A stretch of 64,000 bases of DNA from Gemmatimonadaceae bacterium (lineage in GTDB: Bacteria; Gemmatimonadota; Gemmatimonadetes; Gemmatimonadales; Gemmatimonadaceae). The notes under the pieces are model-generated. The model saw only the letters and a list, made by a program, of their open reading frames with translations. It had not been told where the DNA came from and searched no databases. Every line of letters begins with the position of its first letter. The first letter of the stretch is position 1. Positions 9,694-18,798 of the stretch are shown here, piece by piece. The position numbers were made by a program, and so were the translations under genes. Location: NCBI GenBank assembly GCA_016742275.1, contig JACVCD010000017.1:32952-96951 (forward strand), in the 5' to 3' direction.

Positions 9694-11051
9694 TTGCCGC
9701 CTCCGCTGCCATTCTTCGCGCTGCCACCCCTGGCCTCACCAGCCACCAGATCGGCCGGTGGTGCGTCACCAGGCCTGATAGACAGAGGGAAGCCATTGAG
9801 TTGACGCCATAGTTCCCAGCCAACGGTCACGTTGTCGAGCATGGCCCAGCCTTCGGCGCCGGTGCCAAGGCGAAGCTGCGCGGGCCATGGCTCATCATGC
9901 TCCGTGTTTGGCACCAGCAGCACGCGGAATCGTCCATCGGCACTCGGAAATTGATCGATAACCGCGACCGTGGCGCCGAACGTGCCGACGGCCACCTGTG
10001 GCCACCCGGACACCTGCAGCGCTGGCCAACCGTCAAAGAACACACGCACGTGACGGCCCGGCTTGAGGAGCGCCACGTCCATGGGCTTCACATAGAGCTC
10101 CACGGCCTTCTGCGGACGTGCCGGTTGCACGGTGACAATAGGTTCGCCCGCCTTCACGATCTCACCCTGACCGGCGCGCGCCGCGCGTACGATATAGCCG
10201 TCCTGCGGCGCCTCGATCACGTAGAACGAACTGCGCAGCGCCAGTGAACCAACCTTGTCCTTGAGCTTTGCCACTTCCGACCGGCCTTCACTGACTTCAG
10301 CCAGGGTTGCCGCACGATCAGAACGGGATTTGGCAATCTTCTCACCATATTCGGCGGGGATACTCACCAAGTCGGTGCGTGTGATGGCCAGCATCTGCTG
10401 CTTCTCGACGAGCTTGGCGGCGGTCTGCTGCGCCTTGATCTGGAACGACTGCAGATCGTTCACGGACACGAGACCGAGCGTGTCGCGAAACAATCGCTCA
10501 CGACGGCGCAACTGATCGCGCGACACACTGTCTTCGAGTGCCGCCTGCCGGACTTCAGCGTCGTACTGCACGAGTTTGTTCTGCGTCTGCTGCAACTTGA
10601 AATCGCGCTGCTGCTCGAGCTGTGTGATCTGCGTGGCCAGTGCTTCCGCCTTGGCCATCTTGTCCGTGATGGCTTGTTCCTTGGCCGTCTGCTGCGCCTC
10701 GGTGAGTGGCAGCACGTTTGGATTGAGGTACTCGTCCTTGATCTCGGAAATACGGACGATCGAATCCCCCTTCTTCACGAACTGTCCTTCGCCCACGTAC
10801 CACGCCTCGATGCGACCATCGATACGTGACTGCAGTTGCTGCGGACGATCAGATGGACTGAGCGCGGTTACGAAGCCCGCTCCCTGCACATTCTGCTGCC
10901 ACGGCAGGAAGAGAATGGCCACGATGGTCACGAGAATGCCGATCAGCCAGCGGGACACGATGCGCGTGGTGTCCGCCTTGCCCAGCAGCGCCGTGGTTTC
11001 GAGCGGCAGGTGCTTGAGTTCGCGTTCGATATCGATATCGGAGCTCGCCAT
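9690..11051 (-). CDS. HlyD-family membrane fusion protein
   Basis: N-terminal TM, lipoyl-like GEGQFVKKGD, coiled coil, IEAPQDG. Confidence 0.9.
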   Translation of the reverse strand: MASSDIDIERELKHLPLETTALLGKADTTRIVSRWLIGILVTIVAILFLPWQQNVQGAGFVTALSPSDRPQQLQSRIDGRIEAWYVGEGQFVKKGDSIVRISEIKDEYLNPNVLPLTEAQQTAKEQAITDKMAKAEALATQITQLEQQRDFKLQQTQNKLVQYDAEVRQAALEDSVSRDQLRRRERLFRDTLGLVSVNDLQSFQIKAQQTAAKLVEKQQMLAITRTDLVSIPAEYGEKIAKSRSDRAATLAEVSEGRSEVAKLKDKVGSLALRSSFYVIEAPQDGYIVRAARAGQGEIVKAGEPIVTVQPARPQKAVELYVKPMDVALLKPGRHVRVFFDGWPALQVSGWPQVAVGTFGATVAVIDQFPSADGRFRVLLVPNTEHDEPWPAQLRLGTGAEGWAMLDNVTVGWELWRQLNGFPLSIRPGDAPPADLVAGEARGGSAKNGSGGGK

Positions 11052-11054
11052 GCG

Positions 11055-13289
11055 TCAGCCCCCCACGGCGTTCGAATTGTCGTTCAGCATCTCGTGGAGC
11101 AGGGTGCTGCACACGGGATTGCGGCGGAGCTCGTCGAAGCGGCCTTCGATCACAATACGGCCACCTTCCATGACCACGACACGATCGAACGCTCCAAGTA
11201 GTTGCGGATCATGCGAAACGGCCACGACCGTCCACGGACGCGCGCGATCGGTGAGCAGTCGGATGATGTGCGCGCGCGACGTGGCGTCGAGATTCTGGAA
11301 GAAGTCGTCCAGTACCACGAGACGCGGGTTGCCCACGATGCCCTGGGCGATGAGCAACTTGTTGGCCAGGTGCGACGGCAGATTGCGACCGCTGTTTGTA
11401 ATCTCACTGCGTACGCCCTGCGGCAGCCGCTGCACTTCATCGGTGAGATCGAGATCGTCCAGTACCTGCTGCACATCACGAGGCGTCAAGTGAGCACGTC
11501 CCACGGTGATGTTCTCTTCCACCGACCCGTCAAAGAGGTCGTTCCACGACAGCATCTGTCCGATACGTGCACGCAGGGCTGGGCGGTCGAGGTCACGCAG
11601 GGTGATACCATCGAATCGGATCGTGCCGTCGTAGTGCTCCATGAGACCGCCCATCAGCTTGAGCAGCGTGCTGCGTCCGGAACCATCCACACCCATGATG
11701 CCGACGCGCTCACCTGGCTGGATGCGCAGCGTGATGGCGTCGACTGTTGGAGCGCTTGAACCCGGATAGCGATAGCGGAGATCGCGCGCTTCGATGCCGA
11801 TGCCCTGAGTTGCCGTATGCAACGGAGCGAGACCACCGCGCGCTTCCAGGGGTAGGTCGCTCACCAGTCCAGCCTTGTCCACCGAAGTGAGTACATCGTA
11901 CACCGTGGCCAGGCTGGTGATGAGTTTTTCGACACCAACGAGCACGGTCACGATCACGACTTCGGCGGCGACGAACTGACCAAGCAGCAGCTGATTGGTT
12001 TGCACGAGCGTCGCACCCAGAATGAGCACGGCGGCCGTGATGAACGTCTTGAAGCCGATGAGGGCGATGGTCTGCTTCACGAGCACCGCGAAGTGCTTCT
12101 TGCGGTACTTGAGATAGCCGGTGACCACGTCATCCATGCGCTCCACGGGCAGCGTGGAGTCGCCGGCATATTTGAATGCGTGAAACGCCCGCGCGATTTC
12201 GCCTAGCCAGTGCACGGCCTTGTACTTGTACTTGGACTCCACGATCGACGTGGTCAGGCCTTCGGGACCCGTCCAGCGGATGATGAGATACAGAATCAGC
12301 ACCACGACCACGGCGAACACCGAGAACCACGGACTGTAGAGCGTGAGCAGAATGAGTCCGAAGAACACGGTGAGGAGCGCCGTGGGCACATCGATCAGCA
12401 GCTTGTAAATGCCCTTCTGAATGGCGGCCGCTTCAAACAACCGGTTCATCTTTTCCGGCAAATTCGCTTCGAGCGACGCTCCGTAGTTCATGCGTGGAAT
12501 ACGGAACGCGAACTCCAGCGCCATACGCGCAAACACGCGCTGCTGGATGCGTTCCACGACACGCAGAATGCCGATCTGCAGCACACCGGCCACGATGGTG
12601 CCGAGAATGACGAAAGCGATCAGCACGACCACGGGCTGCAGGAAGAGACGTCCCTGCACGAGTTGCACGATGCCACCGACGGCGAGCGGCAGGATGAGAC
12701 TCAGACCGCCTGACAGCGTAGCGTAGAAGAAGACCGTGAGGATTTCGCGGCGTTCACGGTGCAGCAGCGCGAAGGTGCGGTCCACCGGCGAAAGCGGTTC
12801 GCGTTCCTGATCGAGTGGCTCTGTCCCTATGGGACTGTGCGGAGCACTGTCGCCCCGTGTGCTGGTAGCGGACCGCAGCGCCATGGGAGCAAGCAACGGT
12901 ACCGAGCCCGTATGTCCCGATTCGCGCAGCAGCCGAGGCACGAATTGCTCGGGTTCACCTTCGATGAGCTCTTCGCTGCCGTTCCGTCGCACGACGATCG
13001 CATAGATGGCACCCGAACCCGCGCGCCGGAGCACGATGGCGTCGTTGCCGTTGGCGGAAAGCAGCACGACCGGCACCTGGCCGTCTGCGACGGCACCACG
13101 CACCTGATCAATGGTGAGATCGCGATCGAGGTAACCCACGTCGATTGCTCCACCAATCGAGCGCACGCGCGCCGTCAGTGAATCCTGATCGGATATCTGG
13201 CGTGTGAGTGCGCGCCAGCGTGCTTGTTCAACGTCGAGCCCAAGGGCTTCAGCGACGAGCTGATTGATGCGGGTAGCCTGTACGGACAT
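11055..13289 (-). CDS. T1SS/peptidase-domain-type ABC transporter with degenerate NBD
   Basis: C39-like N-terminal domain without the catalytic Cys, TMD with LLLGQFVA, NBD with GVDGSGRST, LVVLDD, VSHD. Confidence 0.85.
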   Translation of the reverse strand: MSVQATRINQLVAEALGLDVEQARWRALTRQISDQDSLTARVRSIGGAIDVGYLDRDLTIDQVRGAVADGQVPVVLLSANGNDAIVLRRAGSGAIYAIVVRRNGSEELIEGEPEQFVPRLLRESGHTGSVPLLAPMALRSATSTRGDSAPHSPIGTEPLDQEREPLSPVDRTFALLHRERREILTVFFYATLSGGLSLILPLAVGGIVQLVQGRLFLQPVVVLIAFVILGTIVAGVLQIGILRVVERIQQRVFARMALEFAFRIPRMNYGASLEANLPEKMNRLFEAAAIQKGIYKLLIDVPTALLTVFFGLILLTLYSPWFSVFAVVVVLILYLIIRWTGPEGLTTSIVESKYKYKAVHWLGEIARAFHAFKYAGDSTLPVERMDDVVTGYLKYRKKHFAVLVKQTIALIGFKTFITAAVLILGATLVQTNQLLLGQFVAAEVVIVTVLVGVEKLITSLATVYDVLTSVDKAGLVSDLPLEARGGLAPLHTATQGIGIEARDLRYRYPGSSAPTVDAITLRIQPGERVGIMGVDGSGRSTLLKLMGGLMEHYDGTIRFDGITLRDLDRPALRARIGQMLSWNDLFDGSVEENITVGRAHLTPRDVQQVLDDLDLTDEVQRLPQGVRSEITNSGRNLPSHLANKLLIAQGIVGNPRLVVLDDFFQNLDATSRAHIIRLLTDRARPWTVVAVSHDPQLLGAFDRVVVMEGGRIVIEGRFDELRRNPVCSTLLHEMLNDNSNAVGG

Positions 13290-13422
13290 GCTCGCAGGGA
13301 CAAAGGCGATCGGACGACGTCATGTGCGTCGAACCGTGCGGAGCCACGTGATGACCGGTCGATGTCGTTCCACCTGAAGGTGGCTACAACGTCGAACGAA
13401 CGACCGGAATACGACGGAAATG

Positions 13423-13836
13423 CTACGCCGTCAGAGTCGGTGGTGCGCGTGATCCAACAGCGGTAACACACGATCGTCCGGTGTCGCCGCCGATAACACG
13501 CAGCCGCACGGGCCCCGCATCAATGAACGCGATGATGGCCGGAATGCTTCCCACCGTCGGAACGGTGATGGGCATCGGCACCAGATCGCGGCCAAAGCGG
13601 CGCAATTCACCGCGCCACGCCTGGCGGCGTCTGGAACTCACAAGGGTCGCGCCATCGCGCCAACTCCATGCATTGTCACCCGCCATTCCCGCGACCGTTC
13701 CGTCCCATTCCGACATCGACATGATCGATGCGCGAACACCACCGTGCGACTCCAGCGTCGCCGGTGCGATGGTCAGCAATCCGGCGAGCAGCACCAGAAA
13801 TTGCAGGAAACGGAACGTACTATGGCGTTCGGTCAT
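13423..13836 (-). CDS. Signal-peptide-bearing upstream ORF ending SRAPPTLTA (candidate arrest peptide)
   Basis: 137 aa; hydrophobic FLQFLVLLAGLLTIA; RAPP codons at 13438-13449; 133 nt upstream of the ABC gene on the same strand. Confidence 0.6.
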   Translation of the reverse strand: MTERHSTFRFLQFLVLLAGLLTIAPATLESHGGVRASIMSMSEWDGTVAGMAGDNAWSWRDGATLVSSRRRQAWRGELRRFGRDLVPMPITVPTVGSIPAIIAFIDAGPVRLRVIGGDTGRSCVTAVGSRAPPTLTA

Positions 13837-13965
13837 TCAGTCCGAATCAATACGACGAAACACGTCGGGATTCAAGGCGCAAAGGCGTCGGAAGAGTCAC
13901 GAATTCCTGGAGTCGTTGGCGCCCTGGGTGTGACACCTTTGCGATCGATCGGCGTACTGCTGCAT

Positions 13966-14706
13966 ATGCAAATCACGACTTCATTTCGCGCGGTCCTGGC
14001 GTTGTCGGGACTGACTTTGATTTCTGCCGCAGCGACGATGCTGCCGGCACATGTAGCCGAAGCGCAGGGCGGGGCTCTCTCGGGTCGCGGGTCGGTCGGC
14101 ATCCACTTGCAGGTCGCAGAACCCAAGGGGGACTTCGGCAAGAACACCAACACCGGATTCGGCGCGGGCGGTTATCTGCTGGTTGGTCTCGATGACAACA
14201 AGATCATCAATTGGCGTCTGGACGCGTCGATTCTTTCGTATGCCAATACCAGCCGGCAAATTCCCTTGGCCGGTACGGGCGGTCTCATTCGGTTGAATCT
14301 TCGGACCAGCAGCAACATCGTTTCCGTGGTGACGGGCCCGCAGTTGCTCGGTCCGACGGGCACGTTCACACCGTATGCCACGGCGCTTGGTGGCTTCTCG
14401 GTGTTCTGGACGGAAAGCTCTGTCGAAGGCTCACAGAATGTGAACACGCCATTTGCCAGTACCACCAACGAGAGCGATGCCGTGTGGGCGTACGGCGGAG
14501 CCGCGGGTGCGTATCTGCGCGTATACAACGGCAAGAATCCGGTGCGACTCGACTTCGGCGTCCGTGTGCTTCGGCACGACGATGTGCGATACCTCAACGA
14601 CCAACGCGTCCGCGAAGCGTTTGAAAACGATCGTCCAGCCATTCCCGTGCGGGGGCGAGCGGATTTCATCACCTACTACGCCGGCGTGAATATCATCACC
14701 TGGTAG
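13966..14706 (+). CDS. Outer-membrane beta-barrel protein (OmpA-like, about 8 strands)
   Basis: Signal peptide ending AEA, alternating aromatic/Gly strands, C-terminal Trp. Confidence 0.7.
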   Translation: MQITTSFRAVLALSGLTLISAAATMLPAHVAEAQGGALSGRGSVGIHLQVAEPKGDFGKNTNTGFGAGGYLLVGLDDNKIINWRLDASILSYANTSRQIPLAGTGGLIRLNLRTSSNIVSVVTGPQLLGPTGTFTPYATALGGFSVFWTESSVEGSQNVNTPFASTTNESDAVWAYGGAAGAYLRVYNGKNPVRLDFGVRVLRHDDVRYLNDQRVREAFENDRPAIPVRGRADFITYYAGVNIITW

Positions 14707-14793
14707 CGTTTCTTTTGGTTTGAGGATTGGGCCGACCCTGTAAGAAGTACGGAGTCGGCCCTCCGCAATTATTGGGGATAGAAGTATTCGGGT

Positions 14794-14808
14794 TGGTTTC
14801 TAAGTTGC
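14794..14808 (+). promoter_or_regulatory. Possible sigma54 -24/-12 promoter (weak -24 box)
   Basis: TGGTTTCTAAGTTGC: GG-N10-GC with TTGC, about 70 nt before the lipoprotein start. Confidence 0.3.
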
Positions 14809-14879
14809 CGAGTTGAGCTGCGTTCTCGCTCGTTCGTTGCCCGTTCCGGGCATCTCTTCTCGGCATCGACCCGACCCCT

Positions 14880-16142
14880 GTGAAAGTCCCTGCGTTTTCG
14901 CGACCGCTTTCGCGCGCACTTGTCGCGCTGTCTCTCTCCGCATTCGTTGCGGCCTGTGGTGATGACTCCCCGGCCGGTCCGGAGACGCCGCTGACCGAGT
15001 GCAGCACCAACATCACGGCGGCGACGGATGGATCGTTCGTCGAGCTCTGCCAGCTGTCGTCGCCGGTGCGCCACGTGCGCATCGAGAATGCAAAGGCTGG
15101 TCCGACCCATGCGTCAGCGCAGGTGGTGTTTGGCTTCAGCGCGCCGCCGACGGTGACGTCGGGTGCCATTGCGGATGGCCAGTTCCGCGTGCTGCTCTAC
15201 GGTGGTGGCACGCCGGCTCCCACGCCGCAGCTGCAGGCGTCATTCGGCGCTGTTGATGCCACGTTCGACGACAACGCGACCTACATCAATTCGGGTGCGA
15301 CTGTCTGCTTCGATCTGCACGACGGATCGGCTACGAGCGCTCCGGCGTTCGTGATGTGGGTGAGCGGTCAGCGCGGCGCGGATTGCGCGAACCGTTCCAC
15401 GCTGACGGCTGCGACGGCCATGGGCGCGCGCACCGAGTGGCGTCAGACGACGGGCGCAGTGGCCAAGCAGCTCAAGGCCTACTTCCGTCAGGCGGCCGGC
15501 AGCGGCGCCACGCCGAAGATCACGCTGTCCACGACGGCGGTGCTGGATGCATCAGCCATCGCCGCGGCCACCACGTGCACCACGACGTGGGCCACGAACG
15601 CCGACTGGCAGTCGTTGTGTGTTCCTGCGGCAGGCGCGGCGCGCCATGTGCGTCTCAACAACGTGCAGTCCACGGCCAACAACAGCTATTTCTACGCGGT
15701 GTTCGGTCAGGATCCTTCGCCCACGGGCAACCCGGTCGCGTCGGCGGGCAAGTTGATCATCACCGGCGGTCGTTCGAGCTCGGGTTCATCGTGGACGTGG
15801 TTCCGCTTTGGTGCGGGCTCCACCACGCAGTTCAGCTACGCCACGGATGCCGCGAGTGCGTTGTTCACGCAGGCGCCGAACACGGTGTGCTTCGACATGG
15901 GCCCCAACGCCAACGGTCGTGCGCGTCTCGTGTTCTGGGCGACTGGTGCCAAGGGCGCGGATTGCGCTGTCAAGTCGTCACTGCGTCTCGATCGCGCGCT
16001 GTATGACAGTGCCAATGATCCGACGACGGCCGTGATCTGGGATGCCGCGTACCTCACGGGCAAGCTCAACTTCATCAAGACCAACAACACGAGCGTCACG
16101 CTGGGCGCGGTGGTGGTGACGTCGGAGCCGGCGGTGTTGTGA
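14880..16142 (+). CDS. Uncharacterised lipoprotein with two internal domain repeats
   Basis: Lipobox FVAAC-GDD; two copies of LC..RHVR..VFG..GG..VCFD..W..G..GADC. Confidence 0.8.
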   Translation: MKVPAFSRPLSRALVALSLSAFVAACGDDSPAGPETPLTECSTNITAATDGSFVELCQLSSPVRHVRIENAKAGPTHASAQVVFGFSAPPTVTSGAIADGQFRVLLYGGGTPAPTPQLQASFGAVDATFDDNATYINSGATVCFDLHDGSATSAPAFVMWVSGQRGADCANRSTLTAATAMGARTEWRQTTGAVAKQLKAYFRQAAGSGATPKITLSTTAVLDASAIAAATTCTTTWATNADWQSLCVPAAGAARHVRLNNVQSTANNSYFYAVFGQDPSPTGNPVASAGKLIITGGRSSSGSSWTWFRFGAGSTTQFSYATDAASALFTQAPNTVCFDMGPNANGRARLVFWATGAKGADCAVKSSLRLDRALYDSANDPTTAVIWDAAYLTGKLNFIKTNNTSVTLGAVVVTSEPAVL

Positions 16143-16203
16143 GGTGATTCCCCGGCGCGTATGACTTGACCGGAATCTTGATGGATCGATAGGACGGAAA
16201 TCA

Positions 16204-16247
16204 AAGCGGGCCGCTGCCAAGGAAATGGCGGTGGCCCGTTTGTCTTT
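16204..16247 (+). terminator. Intrinsic terminator after the lipoprotein gene
   Basis: AAGCGGGCCGCTGCCA / TGGCGGTGGCCCGTTT stem followed by T-rich bases. Confidence 0.65.
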
Positions 16248-16316
16248 GAGCGGATGAGTGGTACTCATCGGACTTCAGGTGTGACTGTTCGTTCCGGAAC
16301 AAGCACTTCCGATGTG

Positions 16317-16332
16317 TGGCAGCGCGTGTGCA
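16317..16332 (+). promoter_or_regulatory. Sigma54 -24/-12 promoter
   Basis: TGGCAGCGCGTGTGCA: GG 16318-19, GC 16330-31, exact N10 spacing. Confidence 0.55.
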
Positions 16333-16416
16333 AGATTTCGAATCGATGTCGTTATGGTATTGGGTAGCCCTGGCGTTCAAGCCGGGCTTTGCGAATACAT
16401 CGGAGGAATTGTCAGG

Positions 16417-16878
16417 ATGCGTTCAATTCTGCTCGTTTCCATCATCGCCATTAGCCTTGGCGCGACAGTGACACCAGAAGTCACAAACGGTCCTGCGTTG
16501 GCAGGCCCATGCGAAATGGGTTCAGATGACAACGCCAGTGCACGGTCGTTCGTGCGCGGGTTTCTCACCGACACCGGCGAGAACGGGACTACTTTTGCGA
16601 GGACGCGAAGCCAGCTCGGCATTACCGGGGTTAGCTACAGTCAAGTGGTAGTTGTTCAGGATACCGTGAAGTGCCGCAATGCGATCAACGCCTGGAAGAG
16701 CCTCTACGCGACATTGAGCGCAGAAGCGGGAGCCGAGGCCGCTCAGTTCAACACCGGTATGTTGTTTCGCATCACACCTAATCGGTTCGTTCTGGCGACG
16801 CCGATGCTGAACAAGTATTCGTTCCTCACTTACATCGCGCTGGACTCAAACTGGACGGTCGTCCGCAAGAATCTGTAG
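16417..16878 (+). CDS. Small secreted hypothetical protein
   Basis: GGAGG SD, signal peptide MRSILLVSIIAISLGA, two Cys, lower GC than flanks. Confidence 0.75.
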   Translation: MRSILLVSIIAISLGATVTPEVTNGPALAGPCEMGSDDNASARSFVRGFLTDTGENGTTFARTRSQLGITGVSYSQVVVVQDTVKCRNAINAWKSLYATLSAEAGAEAAQFNTGMLFRITPNRFVLATPMLNKYSFLTYIALDSNWTVVRKNL

Positions 16879-16893
16879 AGCCGGTCGACCCGA

Positions 16894-17331
16894 TCAGTCA
16901 TTAATGCGCCGCCGCTCCGACTTCGTCTCCGAGCGGCGGCGTTTTTCATCCAGCCGCCTCTCCACCGATCCCCGCGTCGGCTTGGTCGCCTTGCGTGTAC
17001 GCGGCACGATCAGCGCCCGCTGCACCACCTGCTGCAGTCGCTCCAGCGCCGCGCGGCGATTCTGCTGCTGACTGCGAAACTCGCCCGCCACAATGCGCAT
17101 GGCCCCGTCCTGATCGAGACGGCTGGCCAACTTCTCAAGCAGTCGCGCACGCTGCTCATCACGCAGCGCTCGACTGGTGCGCACGTTCCACGTGATCGCC
17201 ACGCGCGTGGCACTCTTGTTCACATGCTGCCCACCAGGCCCGCCACCGGAGATCGCACGGACTTCGATCTCCGACAGCGGAATGAATGTGCCCGGTGCAA
17301 CATCGAGCGAATCAATATCCGAGGAACTCAC
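16894..17331 (-). CDS. arfB: Alternative ribosome rescue peptidyl-tRNA hydrolase ArfB (YaeJ)
   Basis: GGPGGQHVNK (GGQ), RSQQQNR, basic tail RKATKPT...KRRRS. Confidence 0.95.
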   Translation of the reverse strand: MSSSDIDSLDVAPGTFIPLSEIEVRAISGGGPGGQHVNKSATRVAITWNVRTSRALRDEQRARLLEKLASRLDQDGAMRIVAGEFRSQQQNRRAALERLQQVVQRALIVPRTRKATKPTRGSVERRLDEKRRRSETKSERRRIND

Positions 17332-18683
17332 GCGTGCTCCGTCGCCTCGGCGCGCTTGTGCACACGTAGCGCCGCGACGCGGCGACCATCCATCGCCACC
17401 ACTTCCAACTCTCCACCGGGATACGTCACCCGGTCGCCAACGCGAGGCAACCGCCCCAGCATCGCAAAGGCATAGCCGCCCAACGTGTTCCAGTCACCTT
17501 CAGGAATCGGCAGGCGGTGGTCTGAACGCACATCGACCAGCGAAATCGATCCCGCAAGTTCGAGCACACCATCGAACATCAGCGCATCACGGGACTGCAG
17601 ATCGTATTCGTCGGCAATATCGCCCACGACTTCTTCGACCAGATCCTCCATGGTCACGATGCCGGCCGTGCCACCGTATTCGTCGAGCACTACCGCCAGG
17701 TGCGCACGCGTGCGGCGCAGATCATCCAGCACACGCTCAGCGCCACGCGTAGCCGGCACGAACATGGGCTCGCGCAGGTGCTCGCGCAGTTCGAACGTTT
17801 CGGGATGCTCGGCCAGCCAGAAATCCTTGGCCAGAAACACACCGACAATGTCATCCGGCGTTTCGCGATACACCGGATATCGCGAGTACCGCTCGCGACG
17901 CAGGATCTCCACCAACTCCTCGCGTTCCACGTCTTCCGCGATCGCGACCATGTCCGTGCGCGGACGCATCACGTCCTGCGCGCGCTTGTTGTGGAAGTCG
18001 AACACGCCGGCCAGCATGGCCGAGTCGGATTCGTCGAGTGTGCCGTGCGCGCGGGCCTGCATGACCAAGAGACGCAGTTCTTCGGGGCTGTGCACATGTC
18101 CGCCTTCACTGGCCGGTTGCACGCCCACCAGGGCCAGCATGCGATTGGCCGTGCCATTCAAAAAACTGATGAATGGCGACATGGCCTGCGAAAACAGCAT
18201 CAGCGGGCGCGCCACCCACCGGCTCACCGTTTCCGGCATGGCGAGGGCGATGGACTTGGGAGCCAGCTCACCCAGCACGATGTGCAGGAAGGTGATCACG
18301 ATGAACGCCACTGCGATGCCGGCGCCCGTGTGGGCCGCGCCAGCCGGCACGTCTACCCCTGCGGCTTCCAGCACTCGGTCGACCAGCACGGCGACCGCAG
18401 GCTCACCAATCCAGCCCAACGCCAGCGACGCCAACGTAATGCCAAGCTGGGTGCCGGAGATGTAGCGGTCGAGCTGTGACAGCGCCCGCTGAACCACCGC
18501 GGCGCTCTTGTCGCCGTCGGCGACCATCTGATCAATCTTGCTGCGCCGTGCGGCCACCAGCGCAAACTCGGCCGCCACGAAGAAGGCATTGAGCAGGACA
18601 AGGAACAACACGAACAGGAGCCGGACCGAAATGGTCCCAAAGGTCAGGTCCGGCTCAACGGACAACGGAGGTTCCGAAAGCAT
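17328..18683 (-). CDS. CNNM/CBS/CorC 'hemolysin family' membrane protein
   Basis: NAFFVAAEFAL, QLGITLASLALGW, GELAPKS, MRPRTD, YSRYPV, DEYGGTAGIVTMED. Confidence 0.93.
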   Translation of the reverse strand: MLSEPPLSVEPDLTFGTISVRLLFVLFLVLLNAFFVAAEFALVAARRSKIDQMVADGDKSAAVVQRALSQLDRYISGTQLGITLASLALGWIGEPAVAVLVDRVLEAAGVDVPAGAAHTGAGIAVAFIVITFLHIVLGELAPKSIALAMPETVSRWVARPLMLFSQAMSPFISFLNGTANRMLALVGVQPASEGGHVHSPEELRLLVMQARAHGTLDESDSAMLAGVFDFHNKRAQDVMRPRTDMVAIAEDVEREELVEILRRERYSRYPVYRETPDDIVGVFLAKDFWLAEHPETFELREHLREPMFVPATRGAERVLDDLRRTRAHLAVVLDEYGGTAGIVTMEDLVEEVVGDIADEYDLQSRDALMFDGVLELAGSISLVDVRSDHRLPIPEGDWNTLGGYAFAMLGRLPRVGDRVTYPGGELEVVAMDGRRVAALRVHKRAEATEHA

Positions 18684-18723
18684 ATCGAAAGGAAACGGAG
18701 CTGCGAATGGTTCGTCCAGATAG

Positions 18724-18770
18724 TGCAATCTGCAAGACCGTCGGGCATTCCGCGCCTCTTGCATTCTGCA
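18724..18770. promoter_or_regulatory. Two TGCA-N3-TGCA palindromes in the divergent CNNM/pilS gap
   Basis: TGCAATCTGCA 18724-18734 and TGCATTCTGCA 18760-18770. Confidence 0.45.
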
Positions 18771-18798
18771 CGAATGCTCCACCGGACTCCTATTCGAC

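Noticed and set aside
13423-13836. DUF2946/CruR-type copper-sensing leader
   Set aside because: No CxxC or His-rich metal motif (only one Cys); kept only as a generic RAPP candidate
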